A stretch of 64,000 nucleotides of DNA from a virus (taxonomy: Duplodnaviria; Caudoviricetes), in IMG/VR virus record IMGVR_UViG_3300011908_000001, positions 1 through 64,000 of that record; one strand, given 5' to 3'. This document shows, piece by piece, positions 1 through 9,837 of the stretch. Every line of letters starts with the position of its first letter. The first letter of the stretch is position 1. Both the position numbers and the translations under genes were made by a program. The notes beneath the pieces were generated by a model. It was not told the DNA's origin and ran no database searches. It was given only the letters and a program-made list of their open reading frames with translations.

Positions 1-3000
1 GTGCTTGGAGCCTTATTAAAGGTGCTGATGGAAAACAAGGTGTAGCTGGTCAAAAAGGGGAAGACGGACGTACTCCATACTTCCACACGGCTTACATTAA
101 CGACACTGATTTTGGTACTTATGATTACTCAGGGAACCCTAATTTATTTGTAAATACATTAAAATCTAGCGATTTTATCAAGGGTAGCCATGGGTCACTG
201 ACCGATGATGGCGAGATGTTACATTTTACGTCTGACGGTACAGGCGACATTAGCATGTTCACACGTGTTAACACGTCCGCTGTTACTAGTGGTAAAACAT
301 ATACTCTGAGTGCAAAATTACGATTTGACGAAGGAACAACTGGAGATATTAATAAATTAAGGTTGGTATATCGTAAAACACTTGGAGGAGATGTGTTATT
401 AGAAGCAAACAACACAAGCATGACAATAGATGACGTAGGAAAAGAAATTATAATCAAAGGTACCTCCAAGGTTGCGTATCAAATCACAGCTTTAGAACGT
501 TTTTACATTAGTGTTAGCTTTTCTCAAAATGGTAAAATAAACGGTGGCTTCAAATTGTCTCACATTAAGATTGAAGAAGGTTCAACAGCCACCCCATACC
601 AGCCAAATCTACTTGATGCCCCATATTACTTTAGCACAGTTCCACTTGAGGGGAATATCGCTGATCCATCAGTTAGCTTCCCAATTAAAACGAGCGCATA
701 CCGTTTATATGGTGGGAGCATGCTAGAAGATTTTAAAATTGGTCAAAGGTATACCCTTACAATGAAAGCAACTAAACCAGCTTCTCAAACGTTTTGGGCT
801 TACAATGGTGGGAATATTTCATTAGAAAGAATGACTCCAGTAGAAGGGTTAACTGATGTGTGGAGTTGTTCGTTTACTGTATTAAAAATAGATAGTGGTT
901 CACCAAGATTATTAAACATATATCAAACACAGCAATCAACAGTAGGTGCATGCCAAATTGACTGGCTAAAAATTGAAAAAGGTGACACACGAACACCTAA
1001 TATTAGTGCCTACAAGTATCTGGGAACCTATACTGACTTTGTGCAGGATGATTCACTAAATCCTACCAAGTACTCTTGGAGCCTTATCAAAGGTGCTGAT
1101 GGTGCTGATGGTCAGGATGGGGCGCCTGCACAGCTTTTGACACTCCAATCAGACACGCCGGTTATGAGGTTCGACTCAGCTGATGTGGTAGTGTCCGGTC
1201 AAGTGGTCACGTTTAATGCCTTTAAACAAGGTATCGAAAGTGGCATTATATGGACGGCAACCCCTTATAAAGGTAATACTGCACAGCCTAACATCACGCT
1301 AGGAGGTACGAGTGACACAAGAACTTTGAATGCCTCTCAATGGGATTCTGGCGTTACTACTATCAAGGTCGTAGTTAACGCAGGTGGTTTTACAGATACT
1401 GTTACTATCACCAAGGTTAAGGACGGTGCCAAGGGTGATAAAGGTGATTCCGGAGCTGATGGTATTGCAGGTAAGGATGGTGTGGGGCTTAAGTCTACAA
1501 CCATAACTTATGCGGCTTCTGCTAGCGGAACTGTAGCGCCTTCTTCTGGGTGGCAAGCACAAGTTCCTACAGTAGCACCTAACAACTTCTTATGGACTAA
1601 GACAGAGTGGACTTATACTGACCTTTCAAAAGAGGTTGGCTATTCAGTTGCTAAGATGGGAGCTAACGGTGCCAAAGGTGATGACGGGATTGCTGGTAAA
1701 GATGGAGTAGGTATTGAGGACACTCTAATTGAGTACGCTACTAACGCCAGTGGGACTGTTAAACCTACCTCTGGTTGGGCTACTTCAATTCCGGTAGTGC
1801 CTGCTGGTCAGTTCTTATGGACACGTACTACATGGACTTATACGGACAATACAACGGAGCAAGGATTCACTGTTGCCAAGCAAGGTGATAAGGGTGACAA
1901 AGGAGATACTGGTGCATCAGGTAAGGATGGAATAGCCGGCAAGGATGGCGTTGGGTTATCATCTACAACGATCACATATGCCTCATCGACTAGTGGAACC
2001 ACTGCCCCTACTACAGGGTGGCAGTCGCAGGTTCCCACTGTAGCTCCTAATAACTACTTGTGGACAAAGACCATTTGGAACTATACTGATGGGGATTCTG
2101 AAACAGGTTATTCAGTTGCTAAGATGGGTGCCGATGGAGCTAAGGGAGACGATGGGATAGCCGGTAAAGACGGTGTAGGTATAAAAACTACAGTAATTGA
2201 CTATGTAGTATCTACACAAGGAACAACGCCTCCAGCAAGTGGTTGGAACACCACTATCCCCGTTACTCCAGAAGGTCAATATTTGTGGACTAGAACTAAG
2301 TGGACGTACACTGATAACACCACAGAGACTGGTTACTCAGTTGCCAAGCAAGGTGCAAAAGGTGCTACAGGAGCCTCTGGTAAGGATGGTATTGCGGGTA
2401 AGGACGGCGTAGGTATTAAGACTACTGCAATAAGCTATGCTGGCTCTTCAAGTGGTACTACAGCACCTACTACAGGTTGGCAAGAGCAAGTTCCAACGGT
2501 TGCCCCAAATAACTTTTTATGGACTCGTACCATTTGGACATACACTGACAACACTACTGAGACGGGATACTCAGTTGCTAAGATGGGTGCTAATGGTGCT
2601 AAAGGTGACGATGGCATAGCTGGTAAAGATGGTGTTGGAATAGTTTCTACAACTATTGAATATGCCACTAGCACGGACGGTACAACTAAGCCTTTGACAG
2701 GGTGGACTACAACTGTCCCAACCGTTCCTCAAGGTCAGTTCTTATGGACTAGAACGACTTGGGCATACTCTGACAGTACCTCTGAGCAAGGATTCACAGT
2801 TGCTCGTCAAGGAAGTAATGGTAGCAACGGTAGCAACGGTGTGGATGCCTACAGTCCAATCCTTACTAACGAAGCTGCTACATTTGCAGCCTCCCCATCA
2901 GGTGCTGTAGCAGACTGGAGTGTTGGCAACGGAGTTTTCATGGTTTACAGAGGAACTACCAGATTGACTACAGGCGTTACTTATGCTGTAGAATCGGTCT

Positions 3001-4292
3001 CTTATGCAGAGGGTACTATCAATGCTTCTAGTGGTGCCTATTCTATCACTAGCCTTAGCAGGGATAATGGTACAATAACTTTCAAAGCAACTATAGGTTC
3101 TACGGTTCTTACAAAGACTATGTCACTAAGTAAGTCTCGTCAGGGTGCCACAGGAGCTCAAGGTGTTCAAGGCACCATGGGGATTGCTTTCTACTCTCCA
3201 ACAGAGCCGACTGGTAGCACGGTAACAAATGGCGCTACATGGTTCAAGACAGTTTCTGTGAATGACAATACGGTGGTAGGCATCTACACTCGTAAGAATG
3301 GTGCTTGGGTAGAGACTCCATTAGCTTCTGGAACGCTAGCAGTACAAGAGCTATCTGCAATCTCCGCCAACATAGGGGATATTACAGCAGGTAACTTGAC
3401 AGGTATTGAGATCACAGGTTCTAAATTCACCAACCCATTTGACTTTGTTGCTGCTGATGGCAATCACTTACAAGGTACTACATCTATCTCAGATGCCGAG
3501 CTAGATATCTCAGGTGCGGTAAACGCTGGTACAGCGAGTGAGCGTAAGTTCCACACATCTGTTGAGCCACTTTATTTCCAAGCGGTTTACTCAGATGCTG
3601 CTGACAATATCTTGAGATCGGTTAATGTGTCAAACTCTGGGTACACTATGAATGATACCACGTCTAAAATAACTACAGCCTTTTCATCAGGTCAGTTCCA
3701 AGCTGTTGATAACACAAATGGTAAATCAGTTATTGCAGGGCTAGATTCTGTGGGCATTAGAAACATTGACAATTCAGCCATAATGACTCCTAGGGGTTTC
3801 TTCTTAAATAACCGTAAGAACGTTGATATTTGGACAGGTACAGGGGATCAAACAAATAGCACTCCTAACAATGCACGGTTGAGATTTGGTACTTTTGTAT
3901 CATATGGCTGGGGAACACTTCCAGAAGACAACCCGTTTGAACAGGTTGCCCCATATTTGTGGAGAGTCAATCGAGAAACGAAATTTTCATGGAGGATTAA
4001 TGTCAACGTTCAAGATGCTACCACAGACTATTTGTACTTTAAGATGTACTTCAAAGATGCCCAAGACACTGATGTTAACCCACAAGCTCAGATTCAATCT
4101 GGTCGAATCACTTCGGAGACCAATAATGGTACAGGGATAAACCTACGGATGCAGAACACTGTATTCCTCCAAGGCTATCACAAGGCTCCTGCTGGAACAT
4201 ACTTCTCACTGGTAACTGAATGTAGGGCTGGGCGTAACTGTGGAAACATCAAAATTGAGAACGCCGAGTTTGTTGAAATTTTTGAATACTAG
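1..4292 (+). CDS. Tail fibre / host-specificity (antireceptor-like) protein with collagen-like G-X-Y stretches, 5'-truncated by the window
   Basis: The frame of ORF 216..4292 is open back to position 3 (AWSLIKGADGKQGVAGQKGEDGRTPYFH...). Contains GxxGxD collagen triplets, six TWTYTD-type repeats and two carbohydrate-binding-like modules, and lies just upstream of the lysis genes. Confidence 0.85.
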   Translation, partial: AWSLIKGADGKQGVAGQKGEDGRTPYFHTAYINDTDFGTYDYSGNPNLFVNTLKSSDFIKGSHGSLTDDGEMLHFTSDGTGDISMFTRVNTSAVTSGKTYTLSAKLRFDEGTTGDINKLRLVYRKTLGGDVLLEANNTSMTIDDVGKEIIIKGTSKVAYQITALERFYISVSFSQNGKINGGFKLSHIKIEEGSTATPYQPNLLDAPYYFSTVPLEGNIADPSVSFPIKTSAYRLYGGSMLEDFKIGQRYTLTMKATKPASQTFWAYNGGNISLERMTPVEGLTDVWSCSFTVLKIDSGSPRLLNIYQTQQSTVGACQIDWLKIEKGDTRTPNISAYKYLGTYTDFVQDDSLNPTKYSWSLIKGADGADGQDGAPAQLLTLQSDTPVMRFDSADVVVSGQVVTFNAFKQGIESGIIWTATPYKGNTAQPNITLGGTSDTRTLNASQWDSGVTTIKVVVNAGGFTDTVTITKVKDGAKGDKGDSGADGIAGKDGVGLKSTTITYAASASGTVAPSSGWQAQVPTVAPNNFLWTKTEWTYTDLSKEVGYSVAKMGANGAKGDDGIAGKDGVGIEDTLIEYATNASGTVKPTSGWATSIPVVPAGQFLWTRTTWTYTDNTTEQGFTVAKQGDKGDKGDTGASGKDGIAGKDGVGLSSTTITYASSTSGTTAPTTGWQSQVPTVAPNNYLWTKTIWNYTDGDSETGYSVAKMGADGAKGDDGIAGKDGVGIKTTVIDYVVSTQGTTPPASGWNTTIPVTPEGQYLWTRTKWTYTDNTTETGYSVAKQGAKGATGASGKDGIAGKDGVGIKTTAISYAGSSSGTTAPTTGWQEQVPTVAPNNFLWTRTIWTYTDNTTETGYSVAKMGANGAKGDDGIAGKDGVGIVSTTIEYATSTDGTTKPLTGWTTTVPTVPQGQFLWTRTTWAYSDSTSEQGFTVARQGSNGSNGSNGVDAYSPILTNEAATFAASPSGAVADWSVGNGVFMVYRGTTRLTTGVTYAVESVSYAEGTINASSGAYSITSLSRDNGTITFKATIGSTVLTKTMSLSKSRQGATGAQGVQGTMGIAFYSPTEPTGSTVTNGATWFKTVSVNDNTVVGIYTRKNGAWVETPLASGTLAVQELSAISANIGDITAGNLTGIEITGSKFTNPFDFVAADGNHLQGTTSISDAELDISGAVNAGTASERKFHTSVEPLYFQAVYSDAADNILRSVNVSNSGYTMNDTTSKITTAFSSGQFQAVDNTNGKSVIAGLDSVGIRNIDNSAIMTPRGFFLNNRKNVDIWTGTGDQTNSTPNNARLRFGTFVSYGWGTLPEDNPFEQVAPYLWRVNRETKFSWRINVNVQDATTDYLYFKMYFKDAQDTDVNPQAQIQSGRITSETNNGTGINLRMQNTVFLQGYHKAPAGTYFSLVTECRAGRNCGNIKIENAEFVEIFEY
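1423..2813 (+). repeat. Six ~75-80 aa tandem repeats in the tail fibre, alternating A/B types
   Basis: Each unit reads DGIAGKDGVG..T.I.Y...SGT..P..GW....P......LWT.T.W.Y.D...E.G(Y/F)(S/T)VA(K/R)(M/Q)G. Units 1,3,5 carry QVPTVAPNN and AKMG; units 2,4,6 carry PxGQ(F/Y)LWTRT and A(K/R)QG. Confidence 0.95.
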
Positions 4293-4303
4293 GAGGTAAC
4301 GTA

Positions 4304-4843
4304 GTGCTTAAATATACGGAGAATGAAGTCAAATTAAAGGCACTTAAGTGGCTATTAGATAAATATAGGTCAGGAGGATTTGAGCTAGACCTTTTGCATA
4401 ACCTTTCGCAGGAGGTCTTCAAGCTCTTCCCTGTTGATTCTGAACCAGTGGTTCCAAGTGTGAGTGAAAGGTTGAACCTTATAGAACAGATGATCATTGC
4501 AGAGGGGACAGCACTGCAACCAGAGATTCTAAAGAAATTACAGGCACTTACCACAGAGACCACTAAGATGGAAGCGGCACATGCCGAGTGGGAAAAGGTT
4601 AGTGAAGAGCAAATAGCTTTACAGGAAGAGTATTGTGTAGTTGCTCATGCCACCATTAACAGTGTCTCCCGCAATATCCTCAATGGAGAAATCGAAGTGT
4701 GGCGAAATGACACCAACTATAATGTGGCAGGAGGTTACTTCACCGTAACAGATGCCGAGCTTGGCAATGCCAATCCAACGGAGTTCTGGGACGGCTATAT
4801 CCAAGCAAAGATTACAGAATTAGAAACAGGATTATTTAGGTAG
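4304..4843 (+). CDS. Hypothetical tail-region protein
   Basis: 179 aa ORF with RBS AGGAGG upstream of GTG, between the tail fibre and lysis genes. Confidence 0.7.
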   Translation: MLKYTENEVKLKALKWLLDKYRSGGFELDLLHNLSQEVFKLFPVDSEPVVPSVSERLNLIEQMIIAEGTALQPEILKKLQALTTETTKMEAAHAEWEKVSEEQIALQEEYCVVAHATINSVSRNILNGEIEVWRNDTNYNVAGGYFTVTDAELGNANPTEFWDGYIQAKITELETGLFR

Positions 4844-4852
4844 AAGATAACT

Positions 4853-4986
4853 TGCTACCGCCTAGAGGAGGGTTGAACTTCCCTAAGTTGATCCTTAGTA
4901 AGCAGAGGACATATCTCTTATCTATTGGTGGTTCTAGTTAGAGCGGCTAGCAGGACGTTGATGAAGTATGTAGCAGTACCCATCAA
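4853..4986 (+). ncRNA. Putative multi-branched structured RNA in the tail-lysis intergenic region
   Basis: TGCTACCGC-CTAG (4853-4865) pairs with CTAG..GCGGCTAGCA (4934-4952) and encloses three small hairpins; TTGATG/CATCAA hairpin follows. Confidence 0.4.
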
Positions 4987-5009
4987 AAAGATACTAAAGG
5001 AGCCTGCGC

Positions 5010-5300
5010 ATGAATGAAAAGGATGTATATGGAGAAGTTGGACTCGTTGAGCTTAGGATTCAGTTAGCTCGTATTGAAGCTAAGCTTGACGATATTCCTG
5101 AGATTAAAGAGTCTTTGAAAGACACTTCCATTAGGTTGGAACGGCAGTCTGAGAAGGCTGACAAAGCTTATACAATGGGTTTGAGTAACCGAGAGGCAAT
5201 CAACGACCTCAAATCCAAGTATGATTGGTTGAGTAGGGCAGTGGTAGGGGCGGTTCTAACTTCCATCGCAACAGTATTGATAAAAATATTTGCAGGATAG
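5010..5300 (+). CDS. Holin-accessory / XhlA-like coiled-coil protein with C-terminal transmembrane segment
   Basis: LARIEAKLD coiled coil then WLSRAVVGAVLTSIATVLIKIF; directly upstream of the holin. Confidence 0.65.
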   Translation: MNEKDVYGEVGLVELRIQLARIEAKLDDIPEIKESLKDTSIRLERQSEKADKAYTMGLSNREAINDLKSKYDWLSRAVVGAVLTSIATVLIKIFAG

Positions 5301-5595
5301 GAGATTGGTAGATTTGAAAAATATTAACTGGAGAGTGCGTTTTAGCAAGCAGAACATCACATTCATCTTGCGTTTCGTGGGGGCTTTATTAGTCCCTATT
5401 CTAGCGTACTTTGGATTGAAGTTCGAGGATATCACATCGTTTGATGCGTTGTTGGATGTCCTTGGGAAGGCTGTTAGCAATCCTTACGTATTAGGTTTGA
5501 CGGTAATCAATGCCCTTAACATGATTCCTGACCCGACTACCAAAGGACTAACTGATAGTGACAAAGCTCTTTCTTACACAGAGCCTCGTAAATAG
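5290..5595 (+). CDS. Holin (phi LC3-like); true start probably TTG at 5305 or 5314
   Basis: INWRVRFSK motif, two hydrophobic segments, DPTTKGLTDS tail; precedes the endolysin. Confidence 0.85.
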   Translation: MQDRRLVDLKNINWRVRFSKQNITFILRFVGALLVPILAYFGLKFEDITSFDALLDVLGKAVSNPYVLGLTVINALNMIPDPTTKGLTDSDKALSYTEPRK

Positions 5596-5609
5596 AAAGG
5601 AAGATTTAA

Positions 5610-6590
5610 TTGGCATATAAAGTAGAACGAAGAATTAGAGCAGGTTTACCTCAAGTGGGTGTAGCCCCTTATGGACAAGTGCATGCACACTCCACTGGTA
5701 ACCCTCGCAGTACAGCTCAGAATGAGGCAGATTATTTCCACAACAAGGACATTAACACTGGTTTCTACACCCATATCGTTGGTAATGGAAGAGTTATCCA
5801 ACTAGCAGAGGTTAACCGTGGTGCTTGGGACGTTGGCGGTGGATGGAATCAATGGGGCTATGCTTCCGTTGAGTTGATTGAATCACATAAAAACAAGGAT
5901 GAGTTCATGCGTGACTACAGAATATACTGTGAGTTGCTGTTTGACTTGGCTAAACAAGCAGGCTTACCAACGACCGTTGACCAAGGCAATACAGGTATCA
6001 TCACACACAACTATGCAACCCATAACCAGCCTTACAATAACTCTGACCATGTTGACCCAATCCCTTACCTAGCTAAGTGGGGAATCACTTTGGAACAGTT
6101 CCGTAAAGACATTGCGAACGCCAAAGGAATCAACTCTGGCAAACCTGCACCAACGCCTGCACCAGCTAAGCCAGCATCCCCTAAAGGTCATGACGAAGCT
6201 GTAGCGGCTTCTAAACCTAAGCACCAAGGAAATGCTTGGGGTAAGCTTGATAAGTACCGTGAAGAGCCTGCTGGTAAAATCCGTGTAGCTGGTTGGCTAG
6301 TTCCTGACAAACCTAATGGAGCAATTGGTTCAACAGCTTGGGTATTGTTTATGCAACATGGCACTAACAAAGAGTTGACACGCGTCCAGTCTCAAGGTAT
6401 TAAACGACCTGACGTTAAGAAGCAGTATGGATACCAAGGGGGAGATGCGTTAGGCTTTGACGTAACTGTTGGCAAGAACCAGTTCAAAGGTAAGAAGGTA
6501 GACGTCATCCTACGTCGTGCCAATAACGGTAAGAACGGTGAGTCACCTGTTAATGATGTCCGCATCAACGACATTTATTTAAACCTATAA
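5610..6590 (+). CDS. Endolysin: N-acetylmuramoyl-L-alanine amidase (Amidase_2) with Pro/Ala/Lys linker and C-terminal putative cell-wall-binding domain
   Basis: [23 protein letters not shown] and HVDP motifs; [14 protein letters not shown] linker. Confidence 0.9.
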   Translation: MAYKVERRIRAGLPQVGVAPYGQVHAHSTGNPRSTAQNEADYFHNKDINTGFYTHIVGNGRVIQLAEVNRGAWDVGGGWNQWGYASVELIESHKNKDEFMRDYRIYCELLFDLAKQAGLPTTVDQGNTGIITHNYATHNQPYNNSDHVDPIPYLAKWGITLEQFRKDIANAKGINSGKPAPTPAPAKPASPKGHDEAVAASKPKHQGNAWGKLDKYREEPAGKIRVAGWLVPDKPNGAIGSTAWVLFMQHGTNKELTRVQSQGIKRPDVKKQYGYQGGDALGFDVTVGKNQFKGKKVDVILRRANNGKNGESPVNDVRINDIYLNL

Positions 6591-6596
6591 TATAGA

Positions 6597-6625
6597 AGAG
6601 ACTTCCTTCGGGAGGTCTTTTTTAT
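6597..6625 (+). terminator. Rho-independent terminator after the endolysin
   Basis: GACTTCC-TTCG-GGAGGTC followed by a T run. Confidence 0.9.
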
Positions 6626-6666
6626 TTAGAATTATTAAAGTTTGATAAGAATTTAAGTTTTTAAGC

Positions 6667-6695
6667 TTGACTACTTGACCTATCCGTTGTATAAT
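6667..6695 (+). promoter_or_regulatory. SigmaA-type promoter driving a non-coding unit
   Basis: TTGACT-17 bp-TATAAT. Confidence 0.75.
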
Positions 6696-6699
6696 GGTT

Positions 6700-6912
6700 T
6701 TGACCCACCAAATAGAAACGTTTATAAATTGCTATGTAGAAGAAATTAGTGAGCTTTAGCGAACAGCGTTGAGAGGTTTTACGAAACGCTTGTATAGGTT
6801 TTGGTCTTGTGGGTTTAAGCACCTTTATATTCTTTTCAAGAAGCAACTAAAGAGCTAAAACAAAGCTCTCAAAAAGAACTTTCGAGCTACCCTTTTCAAG
6901 GGTTTATTTTTT
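6700..6912 (+). ncRNA. Candidate ~200-nt small RNA
   Basis: Lies between the promoter at 6667-6695 and the hairpin ACCCTT-TTC-AAGGGT plus T-rich tail; no + strand ORF with an RBS seen. Confidence 0.4.
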
Positions 6913-6925
6913 TGTAATAAACTTG

Positions 6926-6955
6926 TTGACAAATACTCCTCCATAATGGTATAGT
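6926..6955 (+). promoter_or_regulatory. SigmaA-type promoter
   Basis: TTGACA-18 bp-TATAGT with TG extension. Confidence 0.75.
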
Positions 6956-6980
6956 AAATATATCGAAAGGGGATGCGACA

Positions 6981-7226
6981 ATGATCTTATTAAGAGCTTT
7001 GTTTGATACATCATTAAAATGCTTATTAATATTGGTGCTATCATTAATATTTATAATTATATGTGTAGGTGGTGTACAGCTTATAATTTTGCTAGGTGAG
7101 TGGTTATTCTCTCCACACTCCGCTATGAAGACTGGAATAATAATGTTGGTACTAGCTTTTTTAACAGCTTTCGGTATGATGACTTACGAAATATATTTAG
7201 AACTTAGCGATAAGGAGGAAGGGTAA
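6981..7226 (+). CDS. Small membrane protein
   Basis: 81 aa with two long hydrophobic segments; RBS AAGGGG. Confidence 0.7.
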   Translation: MILLRALFDTSLKCLLILVLSLIFIIICVGGVQLIILLGEWLFSPHSAMKTGIIMLVLAFLTAFGMMTYEIYLELSDKEEG

Positions 7227-7474
7227 TGAAAATGGCGCTCAAAGAAGTAGAGATGAAAGTGTTTGATATGCAAGGTAAAGGTGTTGAAAAGTTTATCCAC
7301 GAGCTTGAGGGAGAAGTGCTTGACAAGGTGGTTAACTTGTGGTTTAATGGGCATTATGATGAATGTACCTCAGTTATTAAGGAAGAGATTTTAAGTTACT
7401 ATGCCTACGTGGTGGCTAAGACAATGGTTGTGGATAGCCCTATGTTAAAGCTTCCGTTAATGTTGAGAGTTTAG
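7226..7474 (+). CDS. Hypothetical protein
   Basis: ORF with RBS AAGGAGG, coupled to the upstream gene. Confidence 0.65.
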   Translation: MKMALKEVEMKVFDMQGKGVEKFIHELEGEVLDKVVNLWFNGHYDECTSVIKEEILSYYAYVVAKTMVVDSPMLKLPLMLRV

Positions 7475-7489
7475 AAAGGGGAATAAAGT

Positions 7490-7684
7490 ATGTACAACAG
7501 ATATATACCTGTGAGGTCTGATTTAATTGATTTAATAGTTGATAATGGAGAAGTGTTTTTACAGATTAACGGAGTAACTGGAGAAGCGTTTACCTACTTA
7601 ACAATCGAGGATGCTAAAAGAGTAAGGAACTATTTAGAAGAGGCGATTAATTTTGCTACTCTTAGTATTGAGGAGGATAAATAA
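7490..7684 (+). CDS. Hypothetical protein
   Basis: RBS AAAGGGG; tight gene packing. Confidence 0.65.
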   Translation: MYNRYIPVRSDLIDLIVDNGEVFLQINGVTGEAFTYLTIEDAKRVRNYLEEAINFATLSIEEDK

Positions 7685-7867
7685 ATGGAATTAGCTGAAG
7701 GCAACAAATACGAGTGTCTAGTAGGCGGTTCAGACTTCACAGTGGGCAATGTTTATATATCTTATATGAGTGATGATGGTCAAGTTGTGATTCCTTCTGA
7801 TAGCACCGATGAGTTTGATGAGTGGGGATTGGATATGTGGGGCTATTCTTTTAAGGAGGTTCTTTAA
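7685..7867 (+). CDS. Hypothetical protein
   Basis: RBS GAGGAGG; abuts the previous stop codon. Confidence 0.65.
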   Translation: MELAEGNKYECLVGGSDFTVGNVYISYMSDDGQVVIPSDSTDEFDEWGLDMWGYSFKEVL

Positions 7868-7997
7868 TGATTGGTGATTTAATCTTGTGGCTTAAAGATA
7901 GTTGGAGAGAGCAGTTTTGTATCCACGACTACGATTATAGACCTTGGTATAACGAGTGTAAAAAGTGTGGGCGAATTAAATAAGGAGGAACTTTAAA

Positions 7998-8222
7998 ATG
8001 GCAATGGTACAATTTGATAAAGCTTTAATTAAACTTACAGAGGACTTGGCAAAGTCTCGTGCGTTGTTAGCGGACATTCGAAATAGTGGTGATGGGGCTT
8101 ACACAGCTAGTGAGAAGAAGCATGTTACAGATGCTATCAAGCTTAACATTAAGCTTATTGAAAAGGATTTAGAAGAGATTAGTGACGGTTGGTCTATTAA
8201 GACTGGTAAATGGTTTAAATAA
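7998..8222 (+). CDS. Hypothetical protein
   Basis: RBS AAGGAGG. Confidence 0.7.
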   Translation: MAMVQFDKALIKLTEDLAKSRALLADIRNSGDGAYTASEKKHVTDAIKLNIKLIEKDLEEISDGWSIKTGKWFK

Positions 8223-8235
8223 AGGAGGCGTTGGC

Positions 8236-8649
8236 ATGGCTTTCGCAAAGGATTTAAATGGTAAACTATATAAGGATGAGGAAGGTAATAAAGTAGCCAC
8301 TGCAGACTTCGAGAAGCTCCCTAACGAGCTATGGAACAGCTCAACTGTAATGGCTTATATGGACTGGCTTAATGAGCAGAAGTATGGTAAGAGACCTACT
8401 ACCAAGGGGTTCAACATTCAGCAAGCCAGAGCCTTTATCAAACGTGATTTAGATACTTATGGAACGGCGGTTCTAAAGGAGTTCCTACGCCGTGCCGTGC
8501 GTGCTTACAAAGGTAACTTAGCCTACCCAACATTAAGCTATCCACAGGCTATGATGTTGTACAAAGACAAGCTGATGCAAGAGGCAATCGACTACACCTT
8601 AGTTACCAAAGTTGAATCAGAAACAGATTTAGAGGGGTTAGAATGGTAG
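8236..8649 (+). CDS. Hypothetical protein (start reassigned to ATG 8236)
   Basis: RBS AAAGGAGG at 8221-8228 precedes ATGGCTTTC. Confidence 0.7.
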   Translation: MAFAKDLNGKLYKDEEGNKVATADFEKLPNELWNSSTVMAYMDWLNEQKYGKRPTTKGFNIQQARAFIKRDLDTYGTAVLKEFLRRAVRAYKGNLAYPTLSYPQAMMLYKDKLMQEAIDYTLVTKVESETDLEGLEW

Positions 8650-8842
8650 TGAGTTTGAGGAGTGTTTTTTAATGATTCAATATGCCGTGTCAATAACCAA
8701 TTGGAAAGGCAAGCAAGAGACTTTGTACATCTTTGCTGACAACCTTGAGCATGCAGAATCTATAGTCGAGGTTATGCAAGGTGTTGACCAGTGGCATGTA
8801 ATAGAGCCAGTATAAAATTTGCAAAAAAGTCCCATCTAATGC

Positions 8843-8871
8843 TTGACAAAATACCTTTACTATGGTATAGT
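8843..8871 (+). promoter_or_regulatory. SigmaA-type promoter
   Basis: TTGACA-17 bp-TATAGT with TG extension. Confidence 0.8.
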
Positions 8872-8935
8872 ATTAAGAGTAGAGAGACAGGTAACACACA
8901 TCTTTTTAACAACACTTTAACGGAGGTTTTTATTT

Positions 8936-9805
8936 ATGGCAAAAGGACTTGAAGCAATCAAAGCAGCACAGGCTGGAGACGGTAAGAAAGGATCATCTAT
9001 CCGCACTTACATTAAACGTGGCGAGAGCTTGTTGGTACGAATCCCAGAAACAGTTATTGACAATATCAACGTTAAGCAAGTAGTATCAGTTTGGCAACCA
9101 CGTATTTTACCAACGCTGGCTTACAAAGCTAATGGCATTACTGATAAACGTGATTTGTTTGATGAAGCTTTAAAGATTATGAAAGAAGATCATTTCAAAG
9201 CTATTGCCAACGGAGAGATTGCTAAGGGTTCTCCAGAGGACAAAGAGTCTTATCTAAACGCAATGCAATTACAGCCTAAGCCTACTTACTTGTTTAGTGT
9301 AATTCCATTAGAAGACTTTACTCAAGGTAAGGTTACATTCCCTGCTGGAACACCTATCATTCTTGAAACAAACAATGGTAAGAATGGTGCTAACATCAAC
9401 GCATTGGTATCAACTTTACAAAACTTAGAACGCAAGTTTAACACTAAAGCATTCACTATTACAGCTACAGGTTCTAATACCTTCTCAATCACTCCAGAAG
9501 ACTTAGATGATGACCGAGCGGTAAGCAAAGAAGCTTTGAAAGTTTTTGAAGCAACTAAATCTTTAGAAACTTTACCAGAAGAACTTAAGGAGTTTTACAC
9601 TCACGAATATGGTAAGTTAGCCGTTAAACAAGAATTGTTCGACAATGCTCTATTTGAAGCTAACGAAGAAAACCAACTAGAAAAACTTACTGAGTTTGGT
9701 TTTGACGTAACTCGTTTAGAGGGCGTTGACAAAGCTCCAGAAGAAGCTGACTTAGGTGATGCTTTCGGAGATAACGAAGTAGGAGATAATGAATTGCCAT
9801 TCTAA
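8936..9805 (+). CDS. Putative single-stranded DNA-binding protein
   Basis: Acidic C-terminal tail ending DNELPF, typical of SSBs; first gene of the replication block. Confidence 0.6.
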   Translation: MAKGLEAIKAAQAGDGKKGSSIRTYIKRGESLLVRIPETVIDNINVKQVVSVWQPRILPTLAYKANGITDKRDLFDEALKIMKEDHFKAIANGEIAKGSPEDKESYLNAMQLQPKPTYLFSVIPLEDFTQGKVTFPAGTPIILETNNGKNGANINALVSTLQNLERKFNTKAFTITATGSNTFSITPEDLDDDRAVSKEALKVFEATKSLETLPEELKEFYTHEYGKLAVKQELFDNALFEANEENQLEKLTEFGFDVTRLEGVDKAPEEADLGDAFGDNEVGDNELPF

Positions 9806-9837
9806 CGAGTGGCTTTTCTCCCATTAGGAGGTAGCAC

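Noticed and set aside
1-4292. Diversity-generating retroelement acting on the tail fibre
   Set aside because: The repeats differ at all base types, not only adenines, and no reverse transcriptase is visible.
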